Virus record (IMG/VR): IMGVR_UViG_3300049007_000012 | Coordinates: 1-52,348 of that record | Length of the DNA: 52,348 bases | Reading direction: 5' to 3' (one strand) | Source of the DNA: a virus | Lineage: Duplodnaviria; Caudoviricetes | Part shown: piece by piece, positions 1 through 8,927 of the stretch | Layout of the letters: the number at the start of each line of letters is the position of its first letter | How positions within the stretch are numbered: position 1 is the first letter of the stretch | The notes under the pieces: model-generated | Told to the model about the DNA's origin: nothing | The model's input: the letters and a program-made list of their open reading frames with translations, nothing else | The model's database searches: none | Position numbers and translations under genes: made by a program

Positions 1-54
1 GGGTGGGGGTGGGGCCTCGCGGCGCGCCGCCAGGGCTGGCACGATGGTCGGTCG

Positions 55-729
55 ATGAAGACCGATTGGAACCCGATCCTCCGTGACGAGTTCGCCAAGC
101 CGTACTGGGCCGAGCTGCAGCAGTTCGTGCTCGGCGAGCGGCAGCAGGGGACCGTCTACCCGCCGCACGACGAGGTGTTCGCGGCGCTGCACCTGACGCC
201 GTACTCGGACGTCAAGGCGGTGATCCTCGGCCAGGATCCGTACCACGGCCCGAACCAGGCCCACGGCCTGTGCTTCTCGGTCCGGCGGGGCGTGGCGCTG
301 CCGCCGTCGCTGCAGAACATCTACAAGGAGCTCGAGCAGGACCTCGGCTTCCCGCCGGCGCCCCACGGCAACCTCGACCACTGGGCGCGCCAGGGCGTGC
401 TGCTCCTGAACGCGTCGCTGACGGTCCGGGCCGGGCGGGCGGCGTCGCACCAGGGCAAGGGCTGGGAGACGTTCACCGACGAGGTCCTGCGGGCGGTCGA
501 CGCCAAGCGGGAGCGGGTCGTGTTCATCCTGTGGGGGGCGTCGGCCCGCAAGAAGAAGGCCCTGGTGGATCGCAGCCGGCACGTCATCATCGAGTCGCCG
601 CACCCGTCGCCGCTGTCCGCGTCCAGCGGGTTCTTCGGCAGCCGGCCGTTCTCCCGGGCCAACGAGGCGCTCGTCGAGGCCGGGCGCGAGCCGATCGACT
701 GGCGGGTCCCCGAGGAGCCCGAGGGCTGA
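55..729 (+). CDS. ung: Uracil-DNA glycosylase, family 1 (host)
   Basis: Hallmark motifs GQDPYH, PPSLQNIYKEL, GVLLLN, LWG, HPSPLS. Confidence 0.97.
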   Translation: MKTDWNPILRDEFAKPYWAELQQFVLGERQQGTVYPPHDEVFAALHLTPYSDVKAVILGQDPYHGPNQAHGLCFSVRRGVALPPSLQNIYKELEQDLGFPPAPHGNLDHWARQGVLLLNASLTVRAGRAASHQGKGWETFTDEVLRAVDAKRERVVFILWGASARKKKALVDRSRHVIIESPHPSPLSASSGFFGSRPFSRANEALVEAGREPIDWRVPEEPEG

Positions 730-744
730 CGGGCTCTTGTCGAC

Positions 745-1455
745 CTAGGCGAGCGCCTCGGGCGTCTCGAACGTCCCCCGCATCCGCTCGGTCCACGTCG
801 TGAGCTGGGGCTCGGCGGGCAGCCCGAGCCCGGCCAGCTCCTTGGCGATCGGATGGTCGCCGAGGACGAGCTCGACGCCGTCGCCGCCCACGAGCACCTG
901 CGAGCCGGACCCGCCCTGGCCGAACGCCGTGGCGTGGGGGACGCCGCCGATCGTGGAATAGGTGGTCATGGGCATCGGCGGCATCTCGTCGTCGCCGCCC
1001 CGGGGCAGCGTGAGGCGCAGGACGAGCTGGCCGTCCATGTGCAGGCTCGCGGTCAGGCGGTCGTCGGCGTAGTCGAAGCCGATCCGCTCGACGGACTTGG
1101 GGAACCCCCAGATCGTCCGCCCCGCCTCGCACGTGAACTCCTGGTCGACGGGCAGGTGGATGATGTAGGTCCCCGCCCGGTCGGCCGGCGCCCCCCGGGG
1201 CACGACGAACAGCGCGATGCCGACCTCGAGGTAGTCGCCGAGGTCGTTGTCCCGGTAGTCGATGACGGCGATCGCCAGCTGGCACCGCCCCGGCGCCGTC
1301 TCCACCACCTCGAACGCCCCCGGCACCAGCGCCCGCGCCGCCGCGGCGTCGACCTCGAACATCGCCGTCCCGGCGGACGCGTCCCGCACCTCGCACGGCA
1401 TCGTCACGGTCCGCCCGGCGACCTCGTAGCTGCTCGCGCTCATGTCGGTCTCCAT
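745..1455 (-). CDS. Acetoacetate decarboxylase family protein (host)
   Basis: DLGDYLEVGIA, HLPVDQEFTCEAGRTIWGFPK (GR..WGFPK motif of ADC family). Confidence 0.8.
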   Translation of the reverse strand: METDMSASSYEVAGRTVTMPCEVRDASAGTAMFEVDAAAARALVPGAFEVVETAPGRCQLAIAVIDYRDNDLGDYLEVGIALFVVPRGAPADRAGTYIIHLPVDQEFTCEAGRTIWGFPKSVERIGFDYADDRLTASLHMDGQLVLRLTLPRGGDDEMPPMPMTTYSTIGGVPHATAFGQGGSGSQVLVGGDGVELVLGDHPIAKELAGLGLPAEPQLTTWTERMRGTFETPEALA

Positions 1456-1548
1456 CTCCCACTCGAACGTTCGATTGGGGACAGAATCCTAGGCCTTTCC
1501 GTTTCCGGACGGGCCCTCCGTGCGGCTAGAGTGACTCGTCCTTGCGAT

Positions 1549-1624
1549 GCCCCCATCGTCTAGTGGCCTAGGACACCACCCTCTCAAGGTGGCGACACGG
1601 GTTCGAATCCCGTTGGGGGTGCCA
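1549..1624 (+). tRNA. tRNA-Glu (anticodon CTC), host; prophage integration target
   Basis: 76-nt cloverleaf GCCCCCA...TGGGGGT-G-CCA, anticodon arm CCACC-CTCTCAA-GGTGG, T-loop TTCGAAT. Confidence 0.97.
1581..1624 (+). repeat. attL core (3' half of tRNA-Glu)
   Basis: CTCTCAAGGTGGCGACACGGGTTCGAATCCCGTTGGGGGTGCCA identical to 44138-44181. Confidence 0.95.
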
Positions 1625-1641
1625 GAACAACCAGCAGGTCA

Positions 1642-1666
1642 GAGGCCCCGGCAAGCCCGGGGCCTC
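1642..1666 (+). terminator. GC-rich hairpin after tRNA, probable terminator
   Basis: GAGGCCCCGG-CAAGC-CCGGGGCCTC inverted repeat; no U-tract. Confidence 0.55.
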
Positions 1667-1682
1667 GCCGCGTCCGGGCGGG

Positions 1683-1704
1683 CGTGGAGTCCGCCGTGGA
1701 GTCC
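1683..1704 (+). repeat. Putative integrase arm-type sites
   Basis: CGTGGAGTCC twice (1683, 1695); same 10-mer near attR. Confidence 0.7.
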
Positions 1705-1732
1705 ACGGCCCGGCGGGCCTACCGTGGCCGGC

Positions 1733-3052
1733 ATGGCGGGAGCGGAGCAACTGCCCTCGGGGCGCTGGCGACTGATCGTGCACAGGGGCCGGGACCCCCT
1801 CACCGGCAAGAAGATGTACGACCGCCAGGTGGTCGACGCCACCGGGAAGCGGGACGCCCAGCGGCAGGCCGACGAGTGGGAGGTGGACCTCCGCCGCGGC
1901 GAGGTCACCCACAAGGCCGGCACGTTCGCCCAGCTCACTGAGCAGTGGATCGAGACCCGGGGCCGCCGCTGGTCCCCCACCACCCAGCGCGAGAACCCCC
2001 GCATCGTCGACCGCTACCTCACCAAGTCGCTCGGCGAGCTCGACGTCTCCGACATCGGCACCCACACCATCGACCGGTTGTACGGCGCGCTGCTCGAGCG
2101 GGGCGGGAAGTGCCGCAACCGGCCGTGCCCCCGCCAGCCGTGCAAGGACCACGGACCCCGGTGCGAGCGCAAGAAGTGCACCCGGCCGCCGTGCAAGGCG
2201 CACGAGGGGAAGTGCGCCGGCCTGGTGCCATGCGACCGCGCGCCGTGCCCCCACGGCGGGCCGCTCACCCCGGCGACCGTGCAACGCATCCACACCGTGG
2301 TCCGCTCGGCGCTCGAGCAGGCGGTCAAGTGGGGGTGGATCAGGCGCAACCCGGCGGAGCACGCCGAGCGCGGCGAGGTCATCGAGCAAGAGGTCGACCC
2401 GCCGGCGGCTCCCGACGTGGTGCTGCTGCTCGCCGAGGCCGAGGCGATCGACAAGCGGCTCGCCGTCTACCTGCTGGTGGCGATCGAGGCGGGCGCCCGC
2501 CGGGGCGCGGTGCACGCGCTGCGCTGGTCGCACCTCGACCTCGCCACCGGCACCGCCCGGTTCCCGAACGTGGTCGTGATCGGACCCAAGGGCACCGGGG
2601 TGGTCGAGCGGCCGGCCACGAAGTCGAAGCGCACCGCCCGCAACCCCATCGCTATCTCGCCGTGGCTGGTCGCCGCGCTGGTGGCCCACCATGACGACAT
2701 GTTCGAGCGGGCCCGGGCGGCCGACGGCGTGCTGCCCTCGGACGCCCTGGTGTTCTCCGACGACCCGCTCGGCGCCCGCCCGTGGCGCCCGGACTCGACG
2801 AGCCGGAAGTTCCGGACGCTCCGGTGGGCCGCTGGCCTGGACGAGACCCGCCTGCACGACCTGCGCCACTTCATGGCCACCGTGCTCCTCGGGAACCAGA
2901 TCGACCCGAAGGTCGTCGCCGGTCGGGGCGGCTGGTCGAAGGTGGCCACGATGCTCGACCGGTACGCGCACGTCATCCCAGCGAACGACCGGGCCGCCGC
3001 CGACGTGATGGGCCGAGCACTCCGGCCCGCCGAGGATCAGCCCTCGGGGTAG
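1733..3052 (+). CDS. int: Tyrosine integrase with Cys/His-rich insert
   Basis: GARRG (R), HDLRH, GW, YAH catalytic residues; N-terminal arm-binding SGRWRL...DPLTGK; start at ATG 1733, 7 nt after TACCGT (-10-like). Confidence 0.95.
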   Translation: MAGAEQLPSGRWRLIVHRGRDPLTGKKMYDRQVVDATGKRDAQRQADEWEVDLRRGEVTHKAGTFAQLTEQWIETRGRRWSPTTQRENPRIVDRYLTKSLGELDVSDIGTHTIDRLYGALLERGGKCRNRPCPRQPCKDHGPRCERKKCTRPPCKAHEGKCAGLVPCDRAPCPHGGPLTPATVQRIHTVVRSALEQAVKWGWIRRNPAEHAERGEVIEQEVDPPAAPDVVLLLAEAEAIDKRLAVYLLVAIEAGARRGAVHALRWSHLDLATGTARFPNVVVIGPKGTGVVERPATKSKRTARNPIAISPWLVAALVAHHDDMFERARAADGVLPSDALVFSDDPLGARPWRPDSTSRKFRTLRWAAGLDETRLHDLRHFMATVLLGNQIDPKVVAGRGGWSKVATMLDRYAHVIPANDRAAADVMGRALRPAEDQPSG

Positions 3053-3585
3053 TTGATCGCAACCACCGTGTCGATCATCGACACGTGCTGCGGGCACAAG
3101 ACCTGAGCGCCCGTCTCCAGGATGGCGGCGGTCACCCCGTCGGGGGTGCCGCCGGCGGCCGACGCGCCCCAGACCTGCGTCAGCCCGGTGATGGCGATCG
3201 AGCGACCCATCTCCGGCGAGTCTGAGAGGGCGTCGACCGTGTCCAGGGCGTCGCACCCGCCGGCGGCGACCTCGAGCGACGCCTGGAACCACTGCGGGGT
3301 CGGCGGGGCCCCGTTCGAGTCGACCCGGCCCGCGATCTCGGTGACCCACGCGGCCGCCTGCTCCGGCGTGTAGCCGGGCGGCGGGGTGACGGCGGGCAGC
3401 GTGGTGGTCGTGGTCGTGGCGACGATGGGCTCCGTGTCGTCGCCGCCCTGGCCGACGAGCGCCACCACTCCGACCGTGGCGCCGGCGACCACCAGGACGA
3501 GCGCCAGCCAGATGCCGTTCCGGGTGTACCACGGCCTGCGCCGGGGCGCGTGCGCCGGGGGCGCGCCGTAGGGGTCGTAGCTCAT
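3037..3585 (-). CDS. Membrane-anchored protein (TM, Thr-rich linker, two-Cys C-terminal domain)
   Basis: MSYDPYG start after GGAG-like SD; hydrophobic IWLALVLVVAGATVGVVALV; TTTTTT linker; C...CPQH. Confidence 0.75.
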   Translation of the reverse strand: MSYDPYGAPPAHAPRRRPWYTRNGIWLALVLVVAGATVGVVALVGQGGDDTEPIVATTTTTTLPAVTPPPGYTPEQAAAWVTEIAGRVDSNGAPPTPQWFQASLEVAAGGCDALDTVDALSDSPEMGRSIAITGLTQVWGASAAGGTPDGVTAAILETGAQVLCPQHVSMIDTVVAINYPEG

Positions 3586-3674
3586 CGTCCCGCCTGCTCC
3601 CTGTCCGCCGTGGACCTGTCCTGCCGGCCGACACCGTAGTCGGCCCAGCACGCGGGGTCTGGTCGGTGGTGCAG

Positions 3675-3875
3675 CTAGCGGCGCGATCGGCGGTCCCGGT
3701 CGATGTCCCGGGCCCGCTCCACGGCGTCGTCGGGCACCCAGGTCTCGCCCTCGGCGGCAAGCTGCCCGAGCGCTTCGAGGAGCGCGGTGAGGGTGACGCC
3801 TCGGCGGGTGCAGAGGCGGTCCCATGCCTGGGCGGATGCGTCCGTGAGGCGGACGTTTCGGTGCTGCCAGGCCAT
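3675..3875 (-). CDS. Small ribbon-helix-helix-like DNA-binding protein
   Basis: RNVRLTD beta strand then AWDRLC..RGVTLTALLEAL helices; CACCGT 7 nt upstream of ATG. Confidence 0.6.
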   Translation of the reverse strand: MAWQHRNVRLTDASAQAWDRLCTRRGVTLTALLEALGQLAAEGETWVPDDAVERARDIDRDRRSRR

Positions 3876-4138
3876 ACCCGCCACGGTGTCTCGCCCGGCG
3901 AGGTGCCCGGTGGTACGCCACTGTGCACCACCGACCAGGTGTTCTGACCTGGCCGTCGCGCGGTGGCGTTAGCCGAGCGCTACTCAACGAAGTGGCAAGA
4001 ATTACTATTCGTGAGGGCTTGACGCCACTGTAGGTGAGCCAGTACTACGGGTGGTGGCGGGGTTCGCATAGGCGAACCAGGTAGAGGGACAGGCGCCCGG
4101 GGCCGGTCGGCCGCGGGGGCGGGAGGGAGGCGGGACGC

Positions 4139-4531
4139 ATGGCCGTCATCGCGGACGGGATCAGGGTCGGGGTAACGGAGGCGCTCACGTCTCGGAGGTG
4201 CCTGGCCGCCGTCGTCATCGGCGTGCTGTGGATCGTCCTCGGCGTGCTCGGCGACGGCAAGTGGTGGGCCTGGGCCATGCTCATCAGCGGCAACGTGTCC
4301 GTCACCCTGGGCGTGTTCGTGCCGGTCCTCGGCTACCAGATGTCGCGCAGCCCCCAGGACGCCGCCCCCGACCCGTCGCTCGAGCCCGAGGTGCTGGCCC
4401 TGGTCCACGACCGCATCGCCCGCCTGGACGGGCGAATAACCCGGATCGTCGTAGCGCAAGACCAGTGCTTCGCCGGCCAGATCCGAACCGTCCGGTCCGA
4501 ACTGTCCGAGGTGCTCGCTCAGCTGCGCTGA
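4139..4531 (+). CDS. Two-TM membrane protein with C-terminal helical region
   Basis: Two hydrophobic segments, SD GGGAGG, high GC3. Confidence 0.65.
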   Translation: MAVIADGIRVGVTEALTSRRCLAAVVIGVLWIVLGVLGDGKWWAWAMLISGNVSVTLGVFVPVLGYQMSRSPQDAAPDPSLEPEVLALVHDRIARLDGRITRIVVAQDQCFAGQIRTVRSELSEVLAQLR

Positions 4532-4911
4532 GCGGTCCGTTCCTCGAGCAGCCGGCGTAGCTCGGCGATCTCGGCCCGCATGGCGGACACCTCCGCATGC
4601 GTGGCCGGGGTCAGGTCGGCCGCCGCAGTGTGCGCGGCCTCGGCGGGCTCGCCGCCGGCGAGGATGCGCTCGATGCTGTCGTGGGTCCACCCGAGGGCCA
4701 GGGACAGCGAGGCGAGCTTGCTCTGTAGGTAGCTGGTCTGCCGGGCGTTCTCGATGAGGCTGAGCAGGCTGAGCGAGATCGCCCCGTTGGCGCGCTCGAC
4801 CAGCTCGGCGGCCCTGAGCCCGCCCGGTGCGAGGGCGAGTCGGCGCGCCGCAACAGCGTCGGCGACGCGGCCCCAGGCCTCCTCGTCGCCCGTGACCCTG
4901 CGAGCGGGCAT
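4519..4911 (-). CDS. Immunity repressor (XRE-family HTH), leaderless
   Basis: AELVERANGAISLSLLSLIENA...LALGW HTH; divergent from cro-like gene. Confidence 0.8.
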   Translation of the reverse strand: MPARRVTGDEEAWGRVADAVAARRLALAPGGLRAAELVERANGAISLSLLSLIENARQTSYLQSKLASLSLALGWTHDSIERILAGGEPAEAAHTAAADLTPATHAEVSAMRAEIAELRRLLEERTAQRS

Positions 4912-4917
4912 GTGCAC

Positions 4918-4946
4918 ATGATGCACGACCGCGGGAGGTCCGGCAA
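4918..4946 (-). promoter_or_regulatory. Repressor promoter
   Basis: Minus strand TTGCCG-17 nt-CATCAT-6 nt-ATG. Confidence 0.65.
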
Positions 4947-5011
4947 CACCTAGCAACACCTTGCCTGATCCTGGCCTACGTGTAGCTGGGTGTTGCTAGA
5001 TGTGACAACAC
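4943..5011. promoter_or_regulatory. Operator cluster of genetic switch
   Basis: CTAGCAACACC (4950-4960) / GGTGTTGCTAG (4989-4999) perfect inverted repeat plus further CAACAC half sites. Confidence 0.65.
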
Positions 5012-5021
5012 GTGGCAGGAT
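4993..5021 (+). promoter_or_regulatory. Early lytic promoter
   Basis: TTGCTA-17 nt-CAGGAT-7 nt-GTG. Confidence 0.65.
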
Positions 5022-5028
5022 GCGGGAC

Positions 5029-5244
5029 GTGCAGATCAACCCCGCAGCCCTCCGAGCGATCCGTGAGCGCTCCGGCATGTCCGTCACCCGGCTGGCCGAG
5101 GCCGCCGGCGTCGACCGGTCGCACCTCTCTCTGATCGAGGCCGGGCGCCGCAAGGCCAGCGAGGAGACGACCGTCGCTCTGGCCCGGGCGCTCAAGGTCG
5201 AGCTGCCGGCGATCCTCACGGACCCCGCCGAGGTGCCGGCGTGA
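5029..5244 (+). CDS. Cro-like XRE HTH protein
   Basis: LRAIRERSGMSVTRLAEAAGVDRSHLSLIEAG. Confidence 0.9.
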   Translation: MQINPAALRAIRERSGMSVTRLAEAAGVDRSHLSLIEAGRRKASEETTVALARALKVELPAILTDPAEVPA

Positions 5245-5465
5245 CGGCCGACGCCCTGACCGTCTCGGTGCCCGAGGCCGCCGTGCTGCTCGGCTACTCG
5301 GACACCGCCATCTACGACTTGCTCGACAAGGGCGTGCTGCCCGAGCTGCCGAGGGTCAACCGGCGCCGGCTCATCCCCCGTCGGGCCATCGACCAGATGG
5401 TCGACCACGCCATGGCCGGGTTCGACCCCGCCGCAGCGTTCGACCGCCTCAAGGCGGCGTCGTGA
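5241..5465 (+). CDS. Excisionase-like HTH_17 protein
   Basis: TVSVPEAAVLLGYSDTAIYDLLDKGVLP...RRLIPRRAI. Confidence 0.85.
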   Translation: MTADALTVSVPEAAVLLGYSDTAIYDLLDKGVLPELPRVNRRRLIPRRAIDQMVDHAMAGFDPAAAFDRLKAAS

Positions 5466-5809
5466 CGCCGACCGGCGGCGTGTGGGAGCCGGGCGGCTGG
5501 CGCTACGCCGTCGGCACCTTCCTGCTCATCGCCGCCATGTGCGGCGCCCTGGCCTCTGGCGGGTTCGCCCGTCGGGCCGATGTCGCTCCGGCCGGCTCGC
5601 TGCCGGTCGTCGTGCTCAACGACGTCACGTTCGTGCCGGCCCAGCCCGGCCGCCCTGCGCCCGCCAGGGGCGGCGGCCTGGTCGCTGGCACTGCGTCGGA
5701 GGCGGCCGGCCCCGTCTCCGGCGCCCCCTCTCACAACGGAAGCGACCCCGATCCATCGCCCGGCAAGGAGCGGATCGGGGCCACCAACCACCAGGAGCGT
5801 AACCCATGA
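5462..5809 (+). CDS. Hypothetical membrane protein
   Basis: GTGA-coupled ORF with N-terminal hydrophobic stretch. Confidence 0.5.
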   Translation: MTPTGGVWEPGGWRYAVGTFLLIAAMCGALASGGFARRADVAPAGSLPVVVLNDVTFVPAQPGRPAPARGGGLVAGTASEAAGPVSGAPSHNGSDPDPSPGKERIGATNHQERNP

Positions 5810-6153
5810 CCACCACCGACCATCGGCCGCGGTCCACCAGGCTCGCCCTCTTCGGCATCGTGCCGGAGGACATCGTCGCCGAGGAGTACGACCCCGAGGG
5901 CGGCGGCATCGGGCTGCGGCTCGCGCCGTACCCGCAGAACGTCGAGGTGCACGACACCCTCGCCGGGCTCCAGTCGATCGTCACCGCCTGCCAGGCGCAG
6001 CTCGACAAGATCCGGGTCGCTCGGGACCTGGCCGCCGAGGCCGCCGACCAGGACGCGGCCGAGTGCGACCGCCTCGGTGCTGAGGCCGATGCCCAGCAGT
6101 CCTCCGAGGCGTACGCCGCCTGGGCGACCAACGCCGACGGGACGCCGTTCTGA
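5806..6153 (+). CDS. Hypothetical phage protein
   Basis: SD AGGAG, high GC3, overlapping neighbours. Confidence 0.7.
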   Translation: MTTTDHRPRSTRLALFGIVPEDIVAEEYDPEGGGIGLRLAPYPQNVEVHDTLAGLQSIVTACQAQLDKIRVARDLAAEAADQDAAECDRLGAEADAQQSSEAYAAWATNADGTPF

Positions 6154-6677
6154 TGGCCGCCACCCTCACCCCGCTCCCGGTCCGCCGGCCCGGCTACTGG
6201 CTCCACGCCGTCGCCCTCGCCCGGACCGCCGAGGAGATCTTCACCGGCCCCGACGGCACCGTCGCCCTCGACCGGCTCCACAAGGTCACCGACCACGGGT
6301 GGGAGCGCATCGCCGCCCGGGCCGCGGTGCACCGCCCGGACGCCGTGACCACCCGGCTGGCCATCTCGCTCGTCGAGCACCGGGCCGCTGTCCCGTGGTG
6401 CGAGGGCGGGATCACCGGCCACGTCCCCGAGTCGCAGGTCGACGGCCACGGCGTCACCAACTGCCCCGAGTGCGGGCGCTACGTGCTCGCCACCGCCTGC
6501 TCCGAGGACGACGGCCGCACCTGGTCACCCGACATGCACCGGGCACCCCGGCAGGACCGCTGGCGCGACGCCGTCTACCAGCTGCCCCGCCAGACCCTCG
6601 ACGGCGACCTCGCCGCGCTGGACCGCATGGCCCGCGACGAGGGCATCGCCTCCCTCGCCGGGGAGCTGGACGGATGA
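6153..6677 (+). CDS. Hypothetical phage protein with CxxC
   Basis: TGATG coupling, CPECG motif. Confidence 0.7.
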   Translation: MAATLTPLPVRRPGYWLHAVALARTAEEIFTGPDGTVALDRLHKVTDHGWERIAARAAVHRPDAVTTRLAISLVEHRAAVPWCEGGITGHVPESQVDGHGVTNCPECGRYVLATACSEDDGRTWSPDMHRAPRQDRWRDAVYQLPRQTLDGDLAALDRMARDEGIASLAGELDG

Positions 6678-7270
6678 CCGGCCTCGACTCCACGGCGCTC
6701 GACGTCCAGCTCGACGAGCTGGTCGACCGCCTCCAGAACGACCCCGAGTCGGTCGCCCCCGACGCCCTCCTGATCCGCGATCTGGACTGGGCCGGCCGAG
6801 CGCTCCGCCGCATCGCCCGCCTCAACCAGCGCATGGCCGAGATCGAGGCCCTGCACGAGGACCGGCTCAACGAGCTGGCGGCGTGGTTCGAGGCCGAGAA
6901 GGCGCGCGACGGGCACGCCCGCACGTACCTGGTCGCCCGGCTGCGCCAGTTCCACGAGGCCCGCCTTGCCGACGACCCCAAGGCCAAGACCATCCGGCTG
7001 CCCGAGGGCGACCTCAAGGCCCGCGCCGGGCAGCCCCGCTGGCAGATCAACGACGAGGCGTTCATCGCCTGGGCCACCGACGTCATGGACGACCTACTCC
7101 ACCGCGAGCCCCGGGTCGACCGGAAGGCACTCAAGGCGGCGTTCGCCGACCAGGTGGCCGACGACGGCCGGGTCGTCACCGCCGCTGGCGAGATCGTCCC
7201 CGGCGTCGTCGTGCTGCCCCCCGAGACCACCTACACGCCCGCCCCCAACCCGATCGGCGGTACCCGGTGA
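6674..7270 (+). CDS. Mu Gam-like host-nuclease inhibitor / DNA end-binding protein
   Basis: Coiled N-terminus then KTIRLPEGDLKAR...VDRKALK...GEIVPGV pattern. Confidence 0.75.
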   Translation: MTGLDSTALDVQLDELVDRLQNDPESVAPDALLIRDLDWAGRALRRIARLNQRMAEIEALHEDRLNELAAWFEAEKARDGHARTYLVARLRQFHEARLADDPKAKTIRLPEGDLKARAGQPRWQINDEAFIAWATDVMDDLLHREPRVDRKALKAAFADQVADDGRVVTAAGEIVPGVVVLPPETTYTPAPNPIGGTR

Positions 7271-8640
7271 GCCGGCTCGACGCCATCCGCACCGCGGCCC
7301 GCCCGAAGATGCACGGGCGGGCCCTGATCTCCGGCCCGTCGGGCGCCGGCAAGACCTGGACCTCGCTGTCGATGGCCAGCGTGCTGGCCGAGGGCGACAT
7401 GACCCGGGTGCTCATGATCGACACCGAGCGCGAGTCGGCGCTCACCTACGCCGACGTGTTCCCCGGGTTCGCCCACCTGCCGTGGCGCCCGCCGTTCGAC
7501 CCCACCGAGCTGTGCGACACCCTCGACAAGCTCGGCGACCAGTTCGCCGTCGTCGACATCGACTCGCTGTCGCACTTCTGGCGCAGCCAGGGCGGCACCC
7601 TCGACATCGCCGACGGGAAGATCGGCGGTTGGAAGACCGCCCGCCCCGTGCAGGAACGGCTCGTCCAGTCGCTGCTCGGCGTGAACGCCCACCTCCTGCT
7701 GTGCGTGCGCTCGAAGATGGAGTACCTCATCGAGGGCGGCCGGACTAACCAGACGGTCACCAAGCTGGGCATGGCCCCGATCCAGGACGACACCCTGGTT
7801 TACGAGGTCAACATCGCCCTCGACATCGACCTGGAGCACCGGATCACGGTGACCAAGTCGCGGACCCCGGCGGTGCCGGTCGGGCGCATGTACCCGGCCG
7901 GGCTCGAGCGCAAAGCGGCCGAGGACTACGCCGGGTGGCTGGCCGGCGGGGTGCCCCCGGCCTCCCGGGACGACGTCGACTCGGTGGTCGCCCAGTTCGG
8001 CGAGATCGTCGACGCCGAGGCCCGGGCCCGGGCCAAGACGATGTTCGTCGAGCTGTTCGGGATGCCGCACAGCCTCACGGCTGAGATGGTCGCCGAGGCC
8101 CGCGCCTGGCTGACCGAGCACCTGGCGACCGCCGCGGCGCAGGGGACGGAGCCCGCACCGGCCCCCGCGAGCGACGGGGCGGGGGAGGAGCCGGCGCCGC
8201 CCGGCCCCTCCCCCGATCCCATCCCCGACGAGCCCGAGTTCCACGACGGCAACCCCGACGACGAGCCCGCTCGGCCGCCGCTCGAGCCCGACGACGAGCG
8301 CCCCCGCTCGCTGCGGGATGTCGCCACCCGGTCGGACCTCGCGTTCCACCGGGCCGGCGAGGAGCAGCGCGCCAACCGGGCCAAGACCACGACCCTCGAG
8401 CGGCTGCGCCACGCCCTGATCCTCCTGGTGACCGGCGGGCAGACGGCGTCCCTCACCGAGTGCGACGCCACCCAGCTCGCCGCCGTGTGGGCCCGCCTCG
8501 GCGACATCTGCGAGGGCCGCACCACGTACCGGTACGACGCCGACGACAACGGATACGTCACCTTCGAGGAGGCGACCGGCGGGTCGGAGACCATCACCTG
8601 GGCCGACCTCGACGCCCAGCCCGAGGCGGTGCCGGCATGA
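7267..8640 (+). CDS. AAA_24/Sak4-like P-loop ATPase (recombination)
   Basis: Walker A GPSGAGKT, IDTE, IDSLSHFW, RSK. Confidence 0.85.
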   Translation: MSRLDAIRTAARPKMHGRALISGPSGAGKTWTSLSMASVLAEGDMTRVLMIDTERESALTYADVFPGFAHLPWRPPFDPTELCDTLDKLGDQFAVVDIDSLSHFWRSQGGTLDIADGKIGGWKTARPVQERLVQSLLGVNAHLLLCVRSKMEYLIEGGRTNQTVTKLGMAPIQDDTLVYEVNIALDIDLEHRITVTKSRTPAVPVGRMYPAGLERKAAEDYAGWLAGGVPPASRDDVDSVVAQFGEIVDAEARARAKTMFVELFGMPHSLTAEMVAEARAWLTEHLATAAAQGTEPAPAPASDGAGEEPAPPGPSPDPIPDEPEFHDGNPDDEPARPPLEPDDERPRSLRDVATRSDLAFHRAGEEQRANRAKTTTLERLRHALILLVTGGQTASLTECDATQLAAVWARLGDICEGRTTYRYDADDNGYVTFEEATGGSETITWADLDAQPEAVPA

Positions 8641-8927
8641 GGGCGCCCCGGTTCGTCCGCCGGCGCCGGCTCGCCCGGGCCACCGCCCGCCGCATCCAGC
8701 GCGTCGCCGCCCTCGTCGGCCAGGCCGCCGACCCCGGGCCCGTGCCCTGCCTCGGCTCCGAGCGGCCCGCAGGCAACCGCGGCTCCGCCCGCTGCCCCGT
8801 GTGCGGCGGCACCGTCCCGGTCGTCCCCGACGGGGCCGGCTGGGGCGGCGCCGTGCTCGCTGTCCACCCCGTCGCTGAGGCCGACCGCCGGGAGCTGGGG
8901 CCCGACGGCCCGGCGGTGACCCCGTGA
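8637..8927 (+). CDS. Hypothetical Zn-ribbon protein
   Basis: ATGA coupling, CPVCG. Confidence 0.55.
   Translation: MRAPRFVRRRRLARATARRIQRVAALVGQAADPGPVPCLGSERPAGNRGSARCPVCGGTVPVVPDGAGWGGAVLAVHPVAEADRRELGPDGPAVTP

Noticed and set aside
55-729. ung as a phage gene linked to DNA modification
   Set aside because: Lies outside attL; ordinary host repair gene
1463-1474. TCGAACGTTCGA palindrome as a LexA box
   Set aside because: Half sites abut with no 4-nt spacer; may be another regulator's operator but cannot be assigned
1547-1732. N-terminal extension of the integrase ORF
   Set aside because: Runs through the tRNA and att arm; ATG 1733 fits the domain start and a -10 element
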